A DNA stretch of 64,000 nucleotides. Origin: an uncultured Gemmatimonadales bacterium. Lineage in GTDB: Bacteria > Gemmatimonadota > Gemmatimonadetes > Longimicrobiales > RSA9. Location of the stretch: the NCBI GenBank assembly GCA_963798845.1, contig CAWCUS010000006.1, positions 1,056,001-1,120,000 of the forward strand, written 5' to 3'. The translations under genes were made by a program, and so were the position numbers. The notes under the pieces are model-generated. The model saw only the letters and a program-made list of their open reading frames with translations. It had not been told where the DNA came from and did not search any database. Below, one piece after another: positions 60,863-64,000 of the stretch (the first letter of the stretch is position 1; every line of letters begins with the position of its first letter).

Positions 60863-61492
60863 ATGAACGGTGACGGCGTGAGTCGTCAAGCCGGGCGTGA
60901 CGGGGCCGGCGCGGCAGCACCGGGGGTGGTTCTGATCCCCGGCTGGATGGATGGCGCCGGGTTGTTTCGCCGGATGCGTCGCCGCCTGCGAGCGGAGGGG
61001 CTGGACGTCGACACGTACGTGCTGGAGCCGAGCACGGGGGCGGCGCCGCTGGACGGCCTGGCGCTCGGCCTGGCTCGGTTCATCGACCAGCGCTTCGGCC
61101 CCGAGCGGCCGGTGTCCATCGCCGGGTTCAGCATGGGCGGCCTCGTGGCCCGCTGGTACGTCCAGCGGCTGGACGGGCTGCATCGCGTGGAGCGTCTGAT
61201 CATGCTGGCGACGCCGCACCACGGCAGCTGGCTCGCCCGCCTCCTGCCGCTTCCCGCCATGCGCCAGATGCGGCGCGGGAGCGAGTTCCTTCACGATCTC
61301 AACCGCGACGCGGGGGCGCTGGCCCGGGTGGCGGTCTCGGTCTGGTCGCCGCTCGACCTCATGTCCTTCCCGCCCCGCACATCGGTGCTCGACGGGGGCG
61401 AGACGTGCCGGATTCCGGTCGCGTGGCACGGTTGGATGCCCCGCAGCCGCCGCGTCATCGACCTGGTGGCGGCCAGGCTGACGGATCGCTGA
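60863..61492 (+). CDS. Alpha/beta-hydrolase (lipase/esterase)
   Basis: GFSMGG nucleophile elbow, LATPHHGS, VWSPLD, WH. Confidence 0.85.
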   Translation: MNGDGVSRQAGRDGAGAAAPGVVLIPGWMDGAGLFRRMRRRLRAEGLDVDTYVLEPSTGAAPLDGLALGLARFIDQRFGPERPVSIAGFSMGGLVARWYVQRLDGLHRVERLIMLATPHHGSWLARLLPLPAMRQMRRGSEFLHDLNRDAGALARVAVSVWSPLDLMSFPPRTSVLDGGETCRIPVAWHGWMPRSRRVIDLVAARLTDR

Positions 61493-62219
61493 TGGTCGCC
61501 TCCAGCGCCTTCCGACGCTCCGGCGGCGGATCGCCGTTCTCCAGCACGAAGGTCACGACGCGAGGGAACAGGTCCGGGGCGAAGGCGCCGGCGCTCGTGG
61601 GGAGGAGTCGGATCAGCGCGGCCATGTCCTGCGCCACCTCCCCCTTCCGGCCGAGAATGCCCGGGAGATGGAACCCGCTCAGGAGGCGGATGTAGCGGAT
61701 CTCCGCGGCCTCGGGCGCTTCCGCCACCGCGGAATCCATGAGCGCGAAGCCGTCTCGCAGCGCCCGTAGCCGAGCGGGGGGCCACCCGCCGTGCTTTCCG
61801 CGCAGCGCCGTGAACGAACCCGCGTACGCCCGCAGCACCAGGTCCAGCCGAGACGACGGCGCCGGGCGACGCCGCTCCCTGAGCGCCCCGATCGCCTCGA
61901 GCCCCGCGTCCACCGCCCGCTCCTCGTCCACGCCCAGTTCCCACAGCCGGCGCACCGCGTCCAGCGCGGCATCCGCCGGGGCCCGCGGCAAGGAGACGGC
62001 CGACACCGACGCCGGTCCGACCACCAGCGCGGCGGGCGGGCCGGCTTCGGCAGAAATCGCGGCGGGCGCATGAACCGGGGCGGGCATGGGCCTGGCCGGC
62101 GGCGCGGACTGCGAACCCGGCGGCGTCTGGGCCGCGACCCCGGCCGCGGCGAGGAACGCGACGAAGACCAGGCCGAGGGCGGCGGCGAGGCGGACGCAGG
62201 AGCACGGCCTTCGCCGCAT
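61455..62219 (-). CDS. Secreted helical/TPR-like protein; in frame with upstream crtB as sequenced, probably a separate gene
   Basis: MRRR plus hydrophobic segment plus AxA signal peptide; TGATG at 62221-62217. Confidence 0.55.
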   Translation of the reverse strand: MRRRPCSCVRLAAALGLVFVAFLAAAGVAAQTPPGSQSAPPARPMPAPVHAPAAISAEAGPPAALVVGPASVSAVSLPRAPADAALDAVRRLWELGVDEERAVDAGLEAIGALRERRRPAPSSRLDLVLRAYAGSFTALRGKHGGWPPARLRALRDGFALMDSAVAEAPEAAEIRYIRLLSGFHLPGILGRKGEVAQDMAALIRLLPTSAGAFAPDLFPRVVTFVLENGDPPPERRKALEATISDPSAWPPPGR

Positions 62220-64000
62220 CACCGCGAGTCGCCGGAGCGCGGCGCCGCCCAGCCGCAGCTTTGTCCGCAGCGTCGTGTGGGCCCGTCGCGTGAGCGTGTC
62301 GTGCCGGGTCCGTCGGATGTCGTCGTGGATGCCTCGATACAGCGCCGCCGCCACGGCCACGGGCCGCCGGAAGAAGCCGGGGAGGAGCGGGATCGCAGCG
62401 GCGGCGACGTCGTACTCGGCTTCGGCCGCGTCGAGGAGGCGCTCGATCACGGCGCGGAGCCCGTCGCCCGGGGCACCAGCCTCCATCATCCGGACCAGGT
62501 CCGCGCGCGAGAGGCTCTCCTGCGCCAGCCATTCGGCCGGGATGTACACGCGCCCGACGCGGAGGTCCTCGCCCACATCGCGGGCGATGTTCGTGAGCTG
62601 CATGGCGTGCCCCAACGATGACGCCCGCGTGAGCATCCAAGGGTCGCGGATGCCGAACAGCTCGCACAGCCACAGGCCGACCACCGACGCGACGCGGTAC
62701 GTGTAGCGTCGCAGATCCGCGAGCGTCGCGTAGGAGTCCCCTCGCACGTCCATGCGCATCCCCTCGATCAGCTCTGCGGCGTAGCCGAACGGCACCCCCG
62801 CGGCGCGCATGTCCGACATGACTCGGTCCGCCAGGTCGTTGCCGGTGCGCTCCCCGCGATAGGCGCGGCCGGAGACGTCGAGCCAGGCATCCAGGCGCGC
62901 CTCCAGCGCCGGCTCGGGCAGCGCCCCCCCGTCCCCCGCGTCCCCCCCGTCCACCAGCTCGTCGGTGTAGCGACACCAGGCGTATACGCCCGCCACGTGG
63001 CGGCGGCGCGCCGCCGGGAAGAGGCGCGAGGCGAAGTGGAACGAGCGGGCGTGGGTGCGCAGGAGGTCTTCCCAGCCATCGACCGGCGGGAGCGCGGCCG
63101 CGGCCCGCTCACGCGCCGGCGAAGGGATCGCCTCACGCGCCGGCGAGGGGATCGCCGCCGCCGGCGCCCGCGGCCCATCGGGCCGGAGCATGGCAGCGGC
63201 CTCCTCGGCCCGGACGATCCAACCGCCGAGGAGCTCACCGATGATCGCGTCGCCCGGCAGCAGCTCGCCGGCCTCGGCGGCCACGCGAACGGCCTCGTCG
63301 CGGAGCCGCTCCACGGCGCGGTCCACGGGGGCCGTCCCAGCGTGGTCGGGACGGCCGAGCCGCCGCATCACCTCCTCCGCCGGGAGATGCCCATGGGCGT
63401 CCACGAACTCCAGCGGCCACGTCCACAGGCCCCGCCCGTGATCCGCCAGCGCCGCCTTTCCCCCGCCCGCACCCGGACAGTAGTCGAGGAGGTCGTCCAG
63501 CATCTGGTAGACCAGGCCGATGCGCCGTCCGAGCTCGTAATGCCGCGGCGCGGCGGGGTGCCCCGCCAGCACCGCCGGCGCTGCCAGCGCGGCGCCGAGC
63601 AGCTCTCCCGACTTCCCCAGCAGGATCTCCTCGTACTCGCCCGGACCGGGCGGCCGGCCGGCCACCGCCTGCGCCCGCTCCCCCGCAACCGTCCGCTCCA
63701 CCGCGCGGGCGAACCGGTCGACCCACGCCAGGCTCCGCGTCGCCGCGGCCAGCCGGTAGGCCGAGGTCAGGAGATGATCCCCTTCCACCAGCGCCGCCCC
63801 CACCCCGCGAGCCGCGACCACCGTGGGCGCCCCGCGGCGAATCGGCGCGCCGTCGATCACATCGTCGTGCAGCAGCGATGCTTCGTGCGCCAGCTGCACC
63901 GCGCCGAGTGCCCGCCAGAGCCGGAGCTCCTCGGGCGAGCCCGGCGCCGCGGGCGCGATCCGGCGCGAGGCAGCCCACCCCACGAGAGGTCGGATCCGCC
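62219..64000 (-). CDS. crtB: Polyprenyl (GGPP) synthase-phytoene synthase fusion (CrtE-CrtB); 5' end outside window
   Basis: RIRPL, SLLHDDVID..RRG, QMLDDLLD; then HARSFHFA, YAWCRYTDE, YTYRVASVVG, MQLTNIARDVGED..GRVYIP. Confidence 0.85.

Overview
GC-rich bacterial chromosomal segment. Gene content (PadR plus ADOP permease, TonB receptor, porin, OPT transporter) suggests a diderm, plausibly Gemmatimonadota; this is inference only. Left to right: (1) a partial, divergent Lon protease and housekeeping genes. (2) An ECF sigma/anti-sigma trio. (3) A phosphate-starvation locus: FN3 lipoprotein, TonB receptor, phoB-phoR, STAS protein, porin, pstB, phoU. Five of its transcription units carry candidate 11-bp-periodic GT(T/G)AC boxes, and it contains a 46-bp tandem repeat. 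(4) Metabolic genes and PadR-ADOP. (5) An RNA locus: tRNA-Arg(ACG), RNase P RNA, four 101-bp structured repeats that each begin with the first 17 nt of tRNA-Arg(CCG), then tRNA-Arg(CCG). (6) A ~22.5-kb glycan synthesis/tailoring cluster: carbamoyltransferase-SxtJ-DUF5989, two SGNH proteins, two sulfotransferases, AsnB, two AlkP enzymes, flippase, three glycosyltransferases, GH1, GMC and Gfo oxidoreductases. (7) An orphan CpaE-like ATPase, M14 peptidase, OPT transporter, DUF481 protein, lipase and a CrtE-CrtB fusion running off the window. Best candidates for new biology: a putative MBOAT-free carbamoyl relay using a DltX-like FIYxxF peptide, and the tRNA-5'-anchored 101-bp array. Several single-base frameshifts look like sequencing indels. 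All product calls come from motif recognition by eye; no database searches were run.
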